From NCBI GenBank assembly GCA_013239625.1, contig MU054117.1:620001-684000 (forward strand): 64,000 nucleotides of DNA, written 5' to 3'. The notes under the pieces are model-generated. The model saw nothing but the letters and a program-made list of their open reading frames with translations. It ran no database searches and was not told the DNA's origin. Shown in pieces: positions 41,019 to 54,775 of this stretch; position 1 is the stretch's first letter, and the number at the start of each line of letters is the position of its first letter. The stretch is from Lama guanicoe. Lineage: Eukaryota. A program made the translations under genes and the position numbers.

Positions 41019-41387
41019 TCAGGGGGCCTTGCCGGGCTGAGCCCCTTGGCCACGAGCCTCTGCCCCAGCGGGGAGGCCCCTCAGAGGCCACGCGCCTTCC
41101 CAGGGCCACAGGGCGAGGGAGCCAACTGCCAGCTGCCGACTCCCCGTGTCCCGGGGGCAGGAGTGCAGGGGCCGCGTCACCGCGTGGGGCCTGGGGTGTG
41201 TGTGGGTCCCCTCTGGCAGAGGCTTCGCTGTGACTGTGGGCGGCTGCCTCTGCCGGTGATCCGTGCATCACGGAGCCAGGACCTGACGTGGGGCCACGGT
41301 GCAGGCAGGAGGGTCCCGAACATTCCCGCCTCCCACCCACCCCTTGCTCAGGCAGCTCCCAGTGGGCCGCAGCCCCGGCCGCGTTCA

Positions 41388-41935
<548 letters not shown>

Positions 41936-42480
41936 ATTCAGGTGGCCTCCTCATCGCGGACTTGAAGCAACACTACAGAAATGGCGGGGCTCCAGGCAGG
42001 GAAGGTCTGGGGTGCTCACCTCCACACACAGTCCCAGGCAGCTGCCCATCACACACACGCGTCAAACCCGCTCTGCACACCCACACTGGCAGCAGTGCCT
42101 CCGACAGGACAGGCCCACAGGCTGGTGCCGGGGCTCCGCCTGCCCTGCAGGGAGCACTGGCCGCTGCCGGCGTCCAGGGGCAAGGAGGCTGCACCCACCC
42201 CCTAGCCATCTGACAGAGACATCCTCTCAAGCCTGCAGAGGGCCCTTCCCCTCCTTGGGCCCTAAAACACGAGGGGTGCCAGCAAGAGCGGACTTCACTC
42301 CTCCCGAGGTCAGCGTGATGCGCGCGCGAGGGGCCGGGGGAGGTCTCGATTCCTCTGGTTTGTGGCTCTCTTTATTGCAAAGGACGTGGGGCCTTTGGGT
42401 CCCTCCCAGCATCTCAGGGACAGTGGGAGGGAGGCAAAGGTCAGGCTGAGGGGGTCCTTGGTTCAGGTTAGGAGAGGTTT

Positions 42481-42727
42481 AGTGTGTTTTTCACATTCTC
42501 TTTCATTACAGGACATTGCAAGACAGTGAATGCAGCTCCCTGTGCTGTGCAGAAGGACCTTGTTGTTCATCTGTTTTGTATGTAATAGTTTGTATCTGCT
42601 AATCCCAAATGCTTAATTTATCCCTCCCCTGCCTTATGCCTATAAAACTGAATCTCTCTGCTGCATACCAGAAACTAACGCAACATTGCAAAGCAACTTC
42701 AGTGAAAAATAAAGCATAAAAGAAAAG
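42481..42727 (+). mobile_element. Cetartiodactyl-type L1 3' end with inverted 5' portion
   Basis: 42481-42630 is antisense L1 3'UTR (gtttgtatctgctaatcccaaa...aatttatccctccc); 42634-42727 is the sense terminal part (aactgaatc...ccagaaactaacgcaacattg) plus an A-rich tail. Confidence 0.75.
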
Positions 42728-43084
42728 TGATGGGGTGGCAATGCTGGGCTTAGGATCCAGACTGCAGGCTCCCAGGAGGAGTTTGGGGCCAAACAGTCGG
42801 TGATCACAGGAAAGGGTCTCACTCCTAACGCCCCCTCTCTGCTCCTTCCAGGCCAACACTGGAAGCAGCCTTGGGATGGAGCCCTGTGCAACCGGGGCCA
42901 AGTCCCCGTTTTCCTGTCTGGGACTAAACGGTGGTTAACAGTGCCGGCCCTGCCAGCCTGGTGGTTCCGTGCGGGTCAGAGAAGGCAGTGCACAGAAAGT
43001 CGTTTCACGTTAAAGTGGAGGGTTCACATTAGCAGCTGCTGGAATTCGGAAGAAACTAGTCATCAGACCCTTTCGAGCCTGAGC

Positions 43085-43251
43085 AAGCTGACAGCCTTGG
43101 CTGTGGGTGGCATCACCCAGAGAGCCCTCAGGACCCTAAGACCCTGCTGCGCCCAGACCAGCTGTGTCACAACTCTGGGGCAGGGATCCCGGCCAAAGGC
43201 TTTTTTCAAAGCTGCTCAGGAGGTCCCCGGTGTAGCCGATTGAGAACCAGC
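43085..43251. mobile_element. MER5A-like hAT MITE
   Basis: catcaccc...actctggggcagggatccc...ttttcaaagct...ttgagaacca. Confidence 0.45.
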
Positions 43252-43623
43252 GATTCCCTCTCCTTCCCTCTCTCAGCAGGTGCTGGGGCTGGAGACGGGA
43301 CGGGGGCAGGCGGCGAGGGGAGCCCAGGCTGGCCAGGCCCATGACAGGTCCTCGGAGCTGAGGGCAGCCAGGGCCCTGGGCACGGGGAGCCGGAGGAGAT
43401 GCTGCTCCCACGGTACCCAGGCAGGACTGAGACACTGTCAGACCCCTGCCAAGCATCACACCACGGAGGACATGGACACCGGAAGCCAAAGCCCCCGGGA
43501 GGCCCCGTCCGTTGTACTCAGTCACCCTGCCGCCGTGCAGGCAGGCCCCCCAGGCCCCCGGCCGCCTCCTCTGACACCTGCTCCTAGTTCACGCCCCCTC
43601 GTGGGCTGAGGAGCCCCACTCAC

Positions 43624-43730
43624 TGGATGCCGAAGGAGATGAGGGACACGCTGACCACCAGCAGGTCGAGGATGTTGAAGTAGTTCCGGCAGAAGGAGCC
43701 CTTGTGCAGGAAGGCCCCGTAGGCGGTCAT
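43624..43730 (-). CDS. CACNA1C: CACNA1C exon 23 (107 nt): IIIS3
   Basis: [35 protein letters not shown](Q); |GTGAGT donor. Confidence 0.98.
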
Positions 43731-44169
43731 CTGGGGAGGCACAGGGAGGCGCAGCATGAGCAGCCCCCATCCCTGGGGACCCCTCACCCCACCCTTCCTC
43801 CCGCAGCACCCCCGGCAGGGTCCGGGCGAAGAGCAGGGAGGTGATGGAGGGCTGGGGGCAGGCAGGCCAGAGGAGGGAGATGCAGTGCCAGGAGAAGGTT
43901 CTGCCAAAGACTGTCCCAGCACCGAGGGCTCCTCACACCTGCCAGACTCCTCCGTCCTGTATCTGCAGCCCTTTCAAGGCCCCCCGTCCCCCGATTTCCC
44001 ACTGCCCCTGGTCACATGTCCGTGGCTCCAGCCCGAGAGGCACTTTACTGACGCTGTCTCAACCAGGTGTCCCTGGAAGCTCATGTCCCCACCTCCTTTC
44101 CAGGTTCCCTCCCCGCTCCAGGCCCACCTAGGACCGGGCATCTGGGGGAAGGAGGGGCATGACCAGTGC

Positions 44170-44269
44170 AGGGACCAGCCAGCTGGTTCCCCAGGACTCC
44201 CCTGGTTTAGCACTGAAAGCCCCAGGCAGCCCGCCAGCCCTGGGCAAACTTGGACAGTCGGCTACGCTG
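44170..44269. mobile_element. MER81/MER94-like hAT MITE
   Basis: ccaggactcccctggtttagcactgaaag...ctgggcaaacttggacagtcgg. Confidence 0.55.
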
Positions 44270-45466
44270 CTGCCCAGTGAGAGGCTCCTCCAAGAAGCCT
44301 GGCAGTTAGCGCCGGTCCACGTCCCAGCCCCGCACACGGCCGAGCACCCAGAGCTGTGTGTCCAGAGGGGCCGTGGGCGCCACGGGAGGGCACAGCTCTG
44401 AGCCAGGCCGCCTGAGTCCGAATCCCACCCCACCGGGTTTTGCTTGTGTGCCTAGAGCAAGTGAGCCAGCTTCCTGCGACTTATCTGAGGAACGGGGTCC
44501 TGACAGCTGCTCCCCGGGACGGCGGCGAGCGCCCGCTGTGAGGCCCTGTGGACAACACCCTGCCCGGGGCGAGCCCCACACAAGGCGGGCTTCACTGCGG
44601 AGAGCAGTGCGTGGCCGGGGGCTTGGGCGTGAGCCGGGGGTGCGGCGTGCTCTACGTATGAAGCAGCATCCTCTTCCCTGCGGACGTGGGAACCGCGAGA
44701 AAGCCCCCTGGAGACCAAGAGGGGACCTCGCCGGGGTGGGGGATGACTGTCCTGGACTTGCTGTCACCAGCCCCTCAGGGCTCGGCCTAGAACCGCTGTG
44801 GATGCCGCACGGACACTTTCCGGTCTCGCTGGCGTGAACCGAGGGCCAGTGGGTTTCCAGGGGAAGGGCTGGAAGGCCACAGGCCGGGAAGCAACAGCCA
44901 AGGAGGAAATTTGGAGTCAACAGCTGAGAGCCTGGGAGTGGCTTCCTGGCCACCTGGGGCCCAATTTATCTCCTTGGAATCAGAGCATGCCTGGGGCAGC
45001 TTGTCCGCACAGTGATTCAAAAGCAAACACAGGGGGAAACCGGCAAAAATAGCTCTTGCAACCTAATTCTGCCCACTTATCTCCTGCAGGAGGGGTCCCA
45101 GGGGGCTTGGGCACCTGTGTCCTGCAACAGCTTCCAGAAGTGGGTGGATTATATAAAGGGCCGCGGGGAACAGCGTTGGAGAGCTCTTCTGAAGGCCTGC
45201 CATCTGGAGGGCCGCTGCCCTGTGTCTCAGTGAGTGGACCTGGGAGGCCCCACAGTTCGCGTTAACCTGAAGGCTGCGCCTGCCCACCACCCAGCACTCA
45301 GACTTAGAGGAGCGCTGGGCCTGGTGCCCCAACGCGGCTCGTGTGGGCACGGTGAGGACACTGATCTCCAGCAGGGCCGTCCGCAGAGGGAAAGTGTCCT
45401 GGGACAGCGGCTCAGCGGGGCTCAGAGAGGCCCCCCCGCCCTCTGACTTATGGGTCAACAGTCCTG

Positions 45467-45512
45467 AGTGTGTGTGTGTGTGTGTCTGTGCGTGGTGCGT
45501 GTGTGTGTGTGT
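45467..45512. repeat. Interrupted (GT)n microsatellite
   Basis: Read directly. Confidence 0.85.
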
Positions 45513-47381
45513 AGGGGCGCCTGCCCAGGCAGGGCCACAGAAGACCGGCTATAGGACAGACGGCAAGTGGACCCTGGGAAGACGGGGCGTTTATTGGAAA
45601 GTTACCTGTGGCATCCAGGCCGTCAGCAGAGGCTGGGCTCAGGGACCCAGTGCAGTGCCCCTTGCACCCTGTCTGCTGGATGCCACCCCTCTTCCTGCTC
45701 CTTAAGTTCTAACCTTTGCCCGGGGAAAGCCTCACTGGGAGGGAGAAGGAGTGGGCAGGGCAGGAATCCCCTCCATCCAGCCACCATCTCTCCAGGAGGC
45801 ACTTCTGCTCACTAAATGTGTCTTATCTTCTGTAATTTCTACTCCTGGGTCCTGGCCCCACTGCTCCGACCTCCATGGGACACAGCCCCTGGCACCGTTC
45901 AGGACAACCGCCGTGGCCCCACAAGCCTTTCTTCTGACAGCAAAACATGCCCAGGTCTCTCGGCTGTCCCTGCCCCCCAGCGCCCCCTGGACCCGGTCAC
46001 CCGCCGTGGCAGGAGTTGGGACCTGGAGGGAGGAGGTGCAGGGGCCCCCGGGGCTGGGCTCTCCTTAGAAGCACAGTCAGTGAAGCGGGTGACGAGGGAG
46101 GGAGGGAGGGCACGAGGGTCTCGCCAGGGCGGGACTTGTGGAGACACTCGGAGCTCTGGGGAGTCTGAGAGCCGGGCGGGGTTTTGGGTGAGTGAGCTTC
46201 CTGCGTCTGAGGTCGGGAAGGGTGTCCACGCAGCCCCGGGAGTGAGTCGGGGGGTCAGACCCATCTGCCCGGAGTTGGGGAGAAAGCCGAGAAGCCCTCC
46301 CAGTTTACTCTTGTTGGTTCACACCTGGTTTGCTGGAACCAGGGGTTCTGGACAAAGGAAAAAGTGGACACACAGACGTGTCCACTCAGGTTGTATCTGG
46401 CCGTGACAGGCTATCCTCGCCTGCAGGGCTGGGCATGGCTCAGGCCCGGGAGAGGAAGGCCTGGCTGTGCACCAGCAGGGGGAGGGGATGCGGACATGGA
46501 TGGGGGGCACCTGCAGCAGAGCCTGCAGCCCCCGGCTGGGGTCAGGGTGACCCCCCCAGGCTCTGAAAGGGGACAGTGGTCCCACACTCTCCCAACCTGA
46601 GGGTGGGCTGGGGAACTTAGAAATCATAACAGAGTAATTCAAAGTGAGATATTGTACATTCACAGAAATAGCAGAAATAACACAGCCAGGCTGAAGAAAG
46701 GCCCCCCTCACCCCCAAGCTGCTCAGTGGGGGTCTGCTGTGCTGGGGTGACGGGGCCGGAGCAGGTCTGCAGCCGGGCTGCCCACTCCCTAAGTGGGTGG
46801 CAGGCGGGCGGGCCTGGGGGCTTGAGGCCCTGCCTCCCCCTCCGGGCCAGGCCAGTGCCTGGCAGCCAAGCCTTCGGCAGGTAACCCAGGGCTCAGTGGT
46901 CCTTCCAAAGCCCTTGGCTGGGAGGCTGGCGTTAGGCCCAAGGTCACTGTCACACCCGCCCAGTCCGGCTCAGCCCGCGCGCCCAGAAGGTGTGGATGAC
47001 GGGCATCCCCGGGGGACAGGCGGGTGGTCCTTTCGTGCCCCTGAGCTTCCCCACTTCTGGGGCTTGTGTGGCACTTCCTCCGGCAGGAGGAGGGCAGGGG
47101 GTCTAGCGGGTCAGTCAGTTCCCGGAAGAGGTGGGGGAGGTGGCGGCGCTTGGTGCCCGGTGCCAGGCCGGCATCAGGGTCCACACCGCCCCGGCCGAGA
47201 GCAGGATCTGGGACGGGGTGGGATGCGGAGGTGGGGGGAGCTTCTGGCTTCTGAGCCCGAGCAAAGCGCAGGACACAGCGTGAGGGCACCAATTCTTCCA
47301 ATTCCAGGTTTGAGAGTAAAAACGCGAGTGAAAGAAACCAGAGAAGCGAGAGGAGGCAGAGCGCTTTGCTAAGTGCGTTAC

Positions 47382-47441
47382 CTTGAGGATAATTTCTAAC
47401 GTAAAGATACTAGTGAAGACATAGTCTGCATTGCCTAGGAT
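47382..47441 (-). CDS. CACNA1C: CACNA1C exon 22 (60 nt): alternative IIIS2
   Basis: ILGNADYVFTSIFTLEIILK read directly from sequence; TTTCTTTCAG| acceptor, |GTAACG donor. Confidence 0.97.
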
Positions 47442-47569
47442 CTGAAAGAAAAGCAGAACCGGGTTAGAGCGCGGTGACCAGACACAGCAGAGGCGTGTGC
47501 GTTAGCGACAGAGGGACCAGCCACAGGAGAGAGAGGGGCCGGCAGCACAGGAGGGCCCGCAGGCTTTAC

Positions 47570-47629
47570 CTTCAGAGCAATTTCAATGGTGAAAATGGTA
47601 GTGAAAACAATGTCAAAATAAAACAGAAT
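47570..47629 (-). CDS. CACNA1C: CACNA1C exon 21 (60 nt): IIIS2, mutually exclusive with exon 22
   Basis: ILFYFDIVFTTIFTIEIALK; TTTTACAG| acceptor, |GTAAAG donor. Confidence 0.97.
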
Positions 47630-48529
47630 CTGTAAAACAAAGAGAGACGGGCGGGGCTGGGCGGGGCTGGGGGAGCAGCACGGCGGGAGGGAGGGCAGGT
47701 CAGCGGGGTTCACAGCCCACGCCCCAGCGCCTCGCGGGGGCACTTTCCCCGTGGAGTCGGTCGGGGTGGGAACGGGGTCAGGGCCAGAGGCGGCTACAAA
47801 CGCTGCATGCTGAGGCCCCCAGACCTGTCCGGGGAGCTCCCGGGCCCACTTGGCTGGCCCTGGGTCTGGTCGGCAGCCTTGCTCCTTAACTCGGTTTACT
47901 TACAGACCCAGATCAGATCCATGGGTGCTTGTCAGCAGGACAGAATGGGGCTTGCTTTTTTTCTTTTTGTGTGTGTGTGTGTGAAGATGCAAAGTGCTTA
48001 ACTCACACTGGGGTGACTCAGCCAGCCGCTGGCGTGGGTGGGACCTACACTGGTGGTGGGCCTTCAGGCGGGGAGGGGGCGCCCCGGGCTGGGCCGGGCT
48101 CCAGGGTTCCTGCTCTGCTCTGTCTCAGGTGGTGGATCAGCGTGGGCCAGCGCCTTTCTCAGCAGGAAAGCTCTGGCCGGGCAGTTTGCAGGACCACCTG
48201 CTGGCTGGGCAGGGGTCTGGGGGCTCCTCACCTCACACCCTCCTTGTTGGGAATGACACAATTTCGAGATTTTGCGATACAGAACTTATTCTGGCCTTTG
48301 ACGTAGGTCACCAGAGCCAGGGCTGGGTCTCCAAACTGAGTTTTTACTTTGTGGAGAGTCACTGAGCTCTCCCGTGTGAAGTCGGTCCCATCCGCCTGTG
48401 CTCCCCCAGTGACGGGGCCAGGTGTAAACCTCTGAGTTCTGGGGACGTAGAGCCCCGGGCGGACCGCCCCGGGCGGTGGAGGTCCTGACCTCCCGGCCTC
48501 GGGCCCTGGGTCCACTCTCGTACTTGCTA

Positions 48530-48952
<423 letters not shown>

Positions 48953-49829
48953 CTACGGCCCCACAGGCAGTGCGCGGCCGGCACGCTGGGAGTCTCTGCA
49001 CCTTGAGATACGGCTGTGACCTCCTCGGCTGGCTTTCGCCTCGGGACTTCCCTGCCCCATCATGGAAAGTGATCGCTTTGTACGATCTACCTCGTATTTT
49101 AAGTACAGGGAATGACAGGGCCACCCAGAGACGTGGAGGCCGCCGGACTGGTTAGACCAGACTCCGAGGAGGTTTGCCTGTAGCAGAAATTCAACCCCAC
49201 ACCTCAGCACAGTTACAAAGAGTGACACAGCTGACCCCTGGGCTCTCACAGGTAGACCTTGGAATCCAAGGGCATCTCACACACGGTCTCGTCTTGATAG
49301 TAGAAAGGGAGGCGGGTGTGCTTGTCACCTTCCTTTACAGACAAAACCGCTGGAACCAGGAAGGAGAGACTGGCCCAGACACACAGGCTGCAGAGTGCGT
49401 GTGTGTGTGTTGGCAGAGGCGGGGTCGGGGCTTGAACCCAGGCCTTCAGATCCCTGCCCCTGACGTGTGGGTGACTAATGCTCTGAGGGGCCTTACTGAT
49501 GCAGAAGCACCAAGTCCTGGAAAGGAATTTTCTCTTTGAGACAATCCTGGTTCCATCAGAGTTGGGGAAGGTCTACGCTGATTCCCCTTCAAAGAAACAA
49601 ACAGAGAAGCCAACAAGCCAATCCACCGAGCTGGCGCCTGTGTGACAGGCAGCTGGACATCAGAGGGGCCTGAGGACAGAGGCCAGGGGCAGCACTGCCG
49701 TCAGGAAACGGCACTTCGAAGCAGAGGCGCCCAGGACTGCCGGGCTGAGCCGGCTCCCTCAAGGAGCGTCGGGAAGAAAGCTCCCCGTCACGGGAACTCG
49801 CCCATCATGATGACGTGCTGAGGTCACAG

Positions 49830-51180
49830 CCAAAATCACCGAACACCCAACAAGATAAGCCACTGAGGCGGGGAAGCAGAAGACACTACAGATAAGTGAC
49901 TGAGGCCCCCCAAGACGGCAGACGCTGGAAGTATCAAGCCACAGGACAGCTGTGCTTGAGACAGTTAACGGAATGGGGGACTTGATCACGAAGGTGACGG
50001 ACAGCCAGAAACTCGGACGTGGCAGACAGATCTGGAAAAACCAAGCAGCAGATGGAACTGTCTGAAATGAAAACACGTAAGTTGATCTAAAAACTGGTTC
50101 ACACAGCAACATAGATGGAGCTGAAGAGAGAACTGGGAAACCGGAAGACAGACCCGGAGAAATGCCCAGACTTCCGACAGAGGAACTAGGAGGTGGAAGG
50201 CTCGGAGACGCGAGTGTGTGAGGTGGGGGCGCAGAACGGGGTCCAACCCACGTCTGCTTGGCGGGCAGGGCGCCAGGCGGTGGGAAAGACGACCAGGCAG
50301 CACGGACAGGCACGGCAGCTGCAGCCTTCCGAGAACTCGTGGTTGTTAATCTAACCTGTAGTGTCGCTCAAACGTGACAAAAGTATAAACCCACAGGCTC
50401 AGGAAGCCTGACACGTTCTAAGCAGAAAAACGGAAGGAAGTCTACGTCCAGACTCGCGGCAGTAAACGCGTCTGGCACCGGGGCCCGAGGGCGATGGCGA
50501 AAGCTCCTGGAGACAAGGGGCAGGTGCCTCGTAAGGAGGGACAGCAGGAACCCCGACGTCACCGTGGGGTAAGACCCCCAGCGCGCTGAGGGCCAAGCCC
50601 GTCAGCCCGAAAGCACGCACAGCAAGCCTGTCTTTCGACAGGAAATGGAAACAGCGACAGGTCGACAGAGGCCGAGTGAATTTACCACAAAGGAACTTCC
50701 TTCTGTTTTGTTTTGTTTTTTGTCTGGGGAGGTAATTAGAGTCTAGAAATTTATGTGTGTGTTTAGTGGAAGTGCCGGGGGTGGAACCCAGGACCTCACG
50801 CACACTAGGCGCGTGCTCTGCCCCTGAGCGACACCCTCCCCCTAGAGTGCACTTTAGAAGGAAAGAAACCGATTACAGAAGGATGGACTGCGACGCATGA
50901 AAAATGGTGAACCAACAAAAAGGCAGGTGGCATGCAAATTCAAACACACCTGCCTGCATAATGATGCCGATCACGCTAGCTTTCTGGGTTAGAAGCAAAG
51001 GCCAGGGCTAAAGTGTTCACCCACCGCAACACGCAGGGCGGGAGGCTGGGAGGAGCTAAATTCACCTGGCTGTTTTAACTCCTTCCATTTTGCAGGAGAA
51101 GGCTGATGACTTTGTTCAATCTCAGCTTTTGTTACATCAAATGTAACCAACAGGCCAGAGACAGAGTCCACACATTTCAA
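49830..51180 (+). mobile_element. Degenerate L1/HAL1 ORF1-like remnant
   Basis: A-rich block with tctgaaatgaaaa, agatggagctgaagagagaactgggaaaccggaagacaga, caggctcaggaagcc. Confidence 0.55.
50701..50841 (-). mobile_element. Camelid tRNA-derived SINE (Vic-1 type)
   Basis: Minus strand GGGGAGGGTGTCGCTCAGGGGCAGAGCACGCGCCTAGTGTGCGTGAGGTCCTGGGTTCC...CTAATTACCTCCCC plus A-tail. Confidence 0.85.
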
Positions 51181-51317
51181 AAGATGGAGAAGAAAGACAA
51201 ACACAGGTCCTCTGATTCGGAACCCAGGCCTTTCCCCTAAATCAGCATCTGTTTACACAAGGTGGGGGGCCCCACCCATGGGCTGGAGGGCGCCGGGCTT
51301 GTCCCGCCAGCTACTCA

Positions 51318-51479
<162 letters not shown>

Positions 51480-51661
51480 TTATTTTTACCTCCGTGCTGC
51501 CTACTTGCAGACCCCTTCCGACGGGCAGGAATCAGATAGCTTCTGTGTCTCGGGGGATGAAGAGGGCCCAGCAGGACCCCAGCTCTCTCCCTGGGGGCCT
51601 GGTGGGGGCTCATGTCTGCTGGAGGCTGACTCCCCTGGCAGACACGAGGCAGGCTGTGAGC

Positions 51662-51774
51662 TAGGGGACACCTCATCCTGGTTTGCCCAGCCTGGCCTGG
51701 TTTTAAGCTGAAATTCCCGCACCCCAGGAAACCCCTCGCCCCCCCCCCATAAATTGGGATGGCTGGTGACCCCA
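51662..51774. mobile_element. MER81-like hAT MITE
   Basis: tagggg...tcctggtttgccc...ggttttaagctgaaa...ggaaacccctc...gggatggctggtgaccc, imperfect terminal inverted repeats. Confidence 0.65.
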
Positions 51775-52134
51775 GCATCAGGCACTAGACAAGGTGGCCA
51801 CGTGAGACTGGGACATTGCCAGGTGTCCTCGTCCGTCTAGGCTTCAGGCAGGGGAAGGGGCATGGCTTGCTTGACCTGTTCCTGACAAGCAACCCCAGCC
51901 TTGAAGATTCCAGGAGCTTAAAATCGACACTCTCCCTAGTCCTGAAAACACAAAAGGACGCTGTGCTGCGGGGACAGTAATGCTGCTGTCACAGGCTCTT
52001 TGTCCGAAGGTCTAGGCGCCGACACCAGTCACAGAAGCACTTTGCTCCCTGGGCTGGTGGCCACACCGAACGTGGACCACAGGCAAACGGCTCGTGCCCT
52101 GAATATCCTGTTCTGGTCGAATGTTTAGAAGGGG

Positions 52135-52295
52135 ATGGAAGTTAAGAGCATGGACTCCCCAGCCAACGCCTGGATCCCATCTCGGCTCTGTTTCTTTCTG
52201 GCCACGGGCATTGATTTAGTCCCTCTGAGCCTCAGTCTCCCTGCCTGTAAGATGGGGTCACAGCACGTATGTTCCTCAGGATGGTGCTGTCTGTC
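52135..52295 (+). mobile_element. MIR
   Basis: gttaagagcatggact...ctctgagcctcagtctccctgcctgtaagatggg. Confidence 0.8.
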
Positions 52296-52414
52296 TCCGT
52301 CCACGCGAGCTGCTCCTAGCCTGTGAGCTAGGCTTAGCTTCTCCCTCAGTCGGTCTCTGCCTGTTAATCCCCAACAGACTTTCCACTTTGCCCAAGGTCT
52401 CTCTGAACGCCCAC

Positions 52415-52801
52415 TGACATGGGTGGATAGCGTCCCCCCCAAGTTCACGTGCATGCGGATCCGCAGAGCGTGACCTTATTTTGGAAACAGCGTCTTCGCA
52501 GATGTGACCTGTGATGCTGTCATCTGGGACCGGGGTGGGGGGCCCTAGTTTCAAGGCCTGTTGACCTTACGCGGAGACACACACGGGGCAGAAGGGGAGG
52601 CAGAGACGGGTGGGGGGCAGCGACAGCCGGGGCCCCAAGGGCTGCATTGACGGCAGTGTGAGGGGTGACTCCTGAGCCGTTGGCGGGAGTGTGGTCCTGC
52701 CAACACCCTGACGTCTGGCTTCCAGGCTCCAGAACAGCGAGAGGACAGATTCCTGTTGTTCAGAACCCGCCCCCACCGCGGGATGGTTAAGGCGGCCCTG
52801 G
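52415..52801 (+). mobile_element. MaLR solo LTR (MLT1C-like)
   Basis: gtgaccttattttggaaacagcgtcttcgcagatgt...ctgccaacaccctga...ttccaggctccagaacagcgagagg. Confidence 0.8.
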
Positions 52802-54549
52802 CTCCGCCCTCTCCCTGCGGGACGGTCTCCCCAGAGCCGCGGGCACCCCCAAGACAGCACCCTCCCCTGGCTCTCCTGAGTCCCTGCGCCCAGAAGCCGC
52901 CTTCCCGTGAACCCCGCCGGCCTTCCGCCTTCACCTGGCCCTTGGGACAAGGCGGCTCAGACGCCTGGCCTGACGTGTACCTGTTCCAGCTCTTCACGTG
53001 CTGAGAGCCCTGCAGACAGAAGCCACGCCGGGCACACGGGAGTGACCTCCTGGTGACGACTCCCCTCCACAGCGACGCTCACTGCACAGGAAGGGGCCCC
53101 GCAGGAGCTCAGATGGAGACCGAGCTGGCTGGGAGGTGGCTCTGGGAAGCCCACCTTGCGGACTGGCCCTGCCTCTGGGCGCCCCTCTCCTGGTTACTAC
53201 GAAAACCCGCCTGGCACAGAGAGTAGCTCTTTATCCAGCAGGAGGTGTCTAGGGACCCGGGGCCTTTTGGAGGACGGGCAGACCACAGGCACGGATCCCC
53301 TCCCTCGAGGGGAGCTGACCGGCGAGGCAATTAATATTCAGCTGCAGGGTGGCATGCGGTGAGGGCTGCGTCCAGGCCAAGGGCTGAAGCTTGCTAACCA
53401 GCCCTGGCGAGGCCTCCTATTAAAGCAAAGCCGGTAGGACCGGAGTGGGCGAAATCACGGCGCTGACTCGCAGAATCGGGCTGGAGGGGCTCAGGTCCCC
53501 ACCTGGACCTTTGTCCTCTTCCAGTTTGCTGTAAATGACCCGACACTTTCTTACTCGTGGACATTTGAGGACAGGTCATTGAACGCTATTTCCACCATCT
53601 GTGTTTACAGAAGAACACGCTGGCAGCTCCCTGCTGGTCTGAGCATCTCTGGATGAATCGTGCATGCGCTGGTCCTGCCGCGCAGCTGGGAGGGCTGGGC
53701 TGGCTTGGTTCTCGGGGAGAGGGGGTCAGCGTCCGTCCAGTGCACAGCAGTCGGGTTTCTAGCACCGCGTGTAAGCGGAAACTACCTCTGAAGGACGAAC
53801 CCAAACTTGTAAAGGGACAGAAGGTGGACAGCGAGTGATGCTTCGCAGGCCCCAGGTGTGAGGAGGGAGGTGCGGGATCGGGGAGTCAGGCAGAGCTCCT
53901 TCCAGGGGGGCAGCTGACCGTGCGGACGCCCAGGTGCCAGCGGAGGCTCATGGCGCTCTTTGTCTTGTCAACGCCGTGCCTGGAGCTTTGAGAAGCGCGG
54001 TGAGCCGGGTCCTGCCGCGTCCAGATGGTGGCTGCAGACTCAGCGGAGACCGAGGCGTGGCTCGGTGCCCACCCTTGGCCCTCGCGGCCCTGCCCCTCCC
54101 CACTGGGTGCCCGTTCTCACTGCTGGGGCTCTGCTCAGGCTGCTCTGACTCCTAGGGCCTATGAAGCCACAGCCTCGCCCTCAAGGAGAGTCCAGCTCTC
54201 CGTGCGGCCTGAGTCCAGCAGCCCTAAAAGGCCAACACCGAGGGCCAGGCCGGGGACGCACTTCCTGCCCTGGGTGTCTTCTTTTTCAGGCCACTCCCTT
54301 CTCTCTCCCACCTCTCCGTCCGGCTGGCCCGGCCTCTGGATGCTCGCAGGTGGCCCCTCCGCGTCTCAGCGGGCCCCCCACCCACGCTGCCATTGCCCCG
54401 CCTGGCCAGCTGCACCACGGTCCTCCCCATCCTGGTTCTAATCCTCCCGCCCCACGCAGCAGCCAGAGCGCATCTTTCACAAGGGAGGTCGGACGTGGGC
54501 TGAGAACCTCCGGTGGTCCCTCCGCGTCGCGCAGTCCCTCTTGCTGTCT

Positions 54550-54775
54550 TCCTGTTTAAACTCTAAAGACACACACGAGGAGAGAGACTTGACGAGAACG
54601 TCTACACCAGCCTCAACACCCACTGACAACTTGCCCATCTCGTTTCACGATACCGTCTCTGCCTCCATTCTTCGTTGCTGGAACATTTTAGAGCGACTTC
54701 TAAACGTCTTAGACTCCAGCTGTGAATGTGTCAGTGTTTACAAAGCAGAACTACAATAACAACAGTATCGTCCCA
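54550..54775 (-). mobile_element. L1MC-like 3' fragment
   Basis: ccagcctcaac...cccatctcgtttca...gctggaacattttagagc. Confidence 0.45.
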
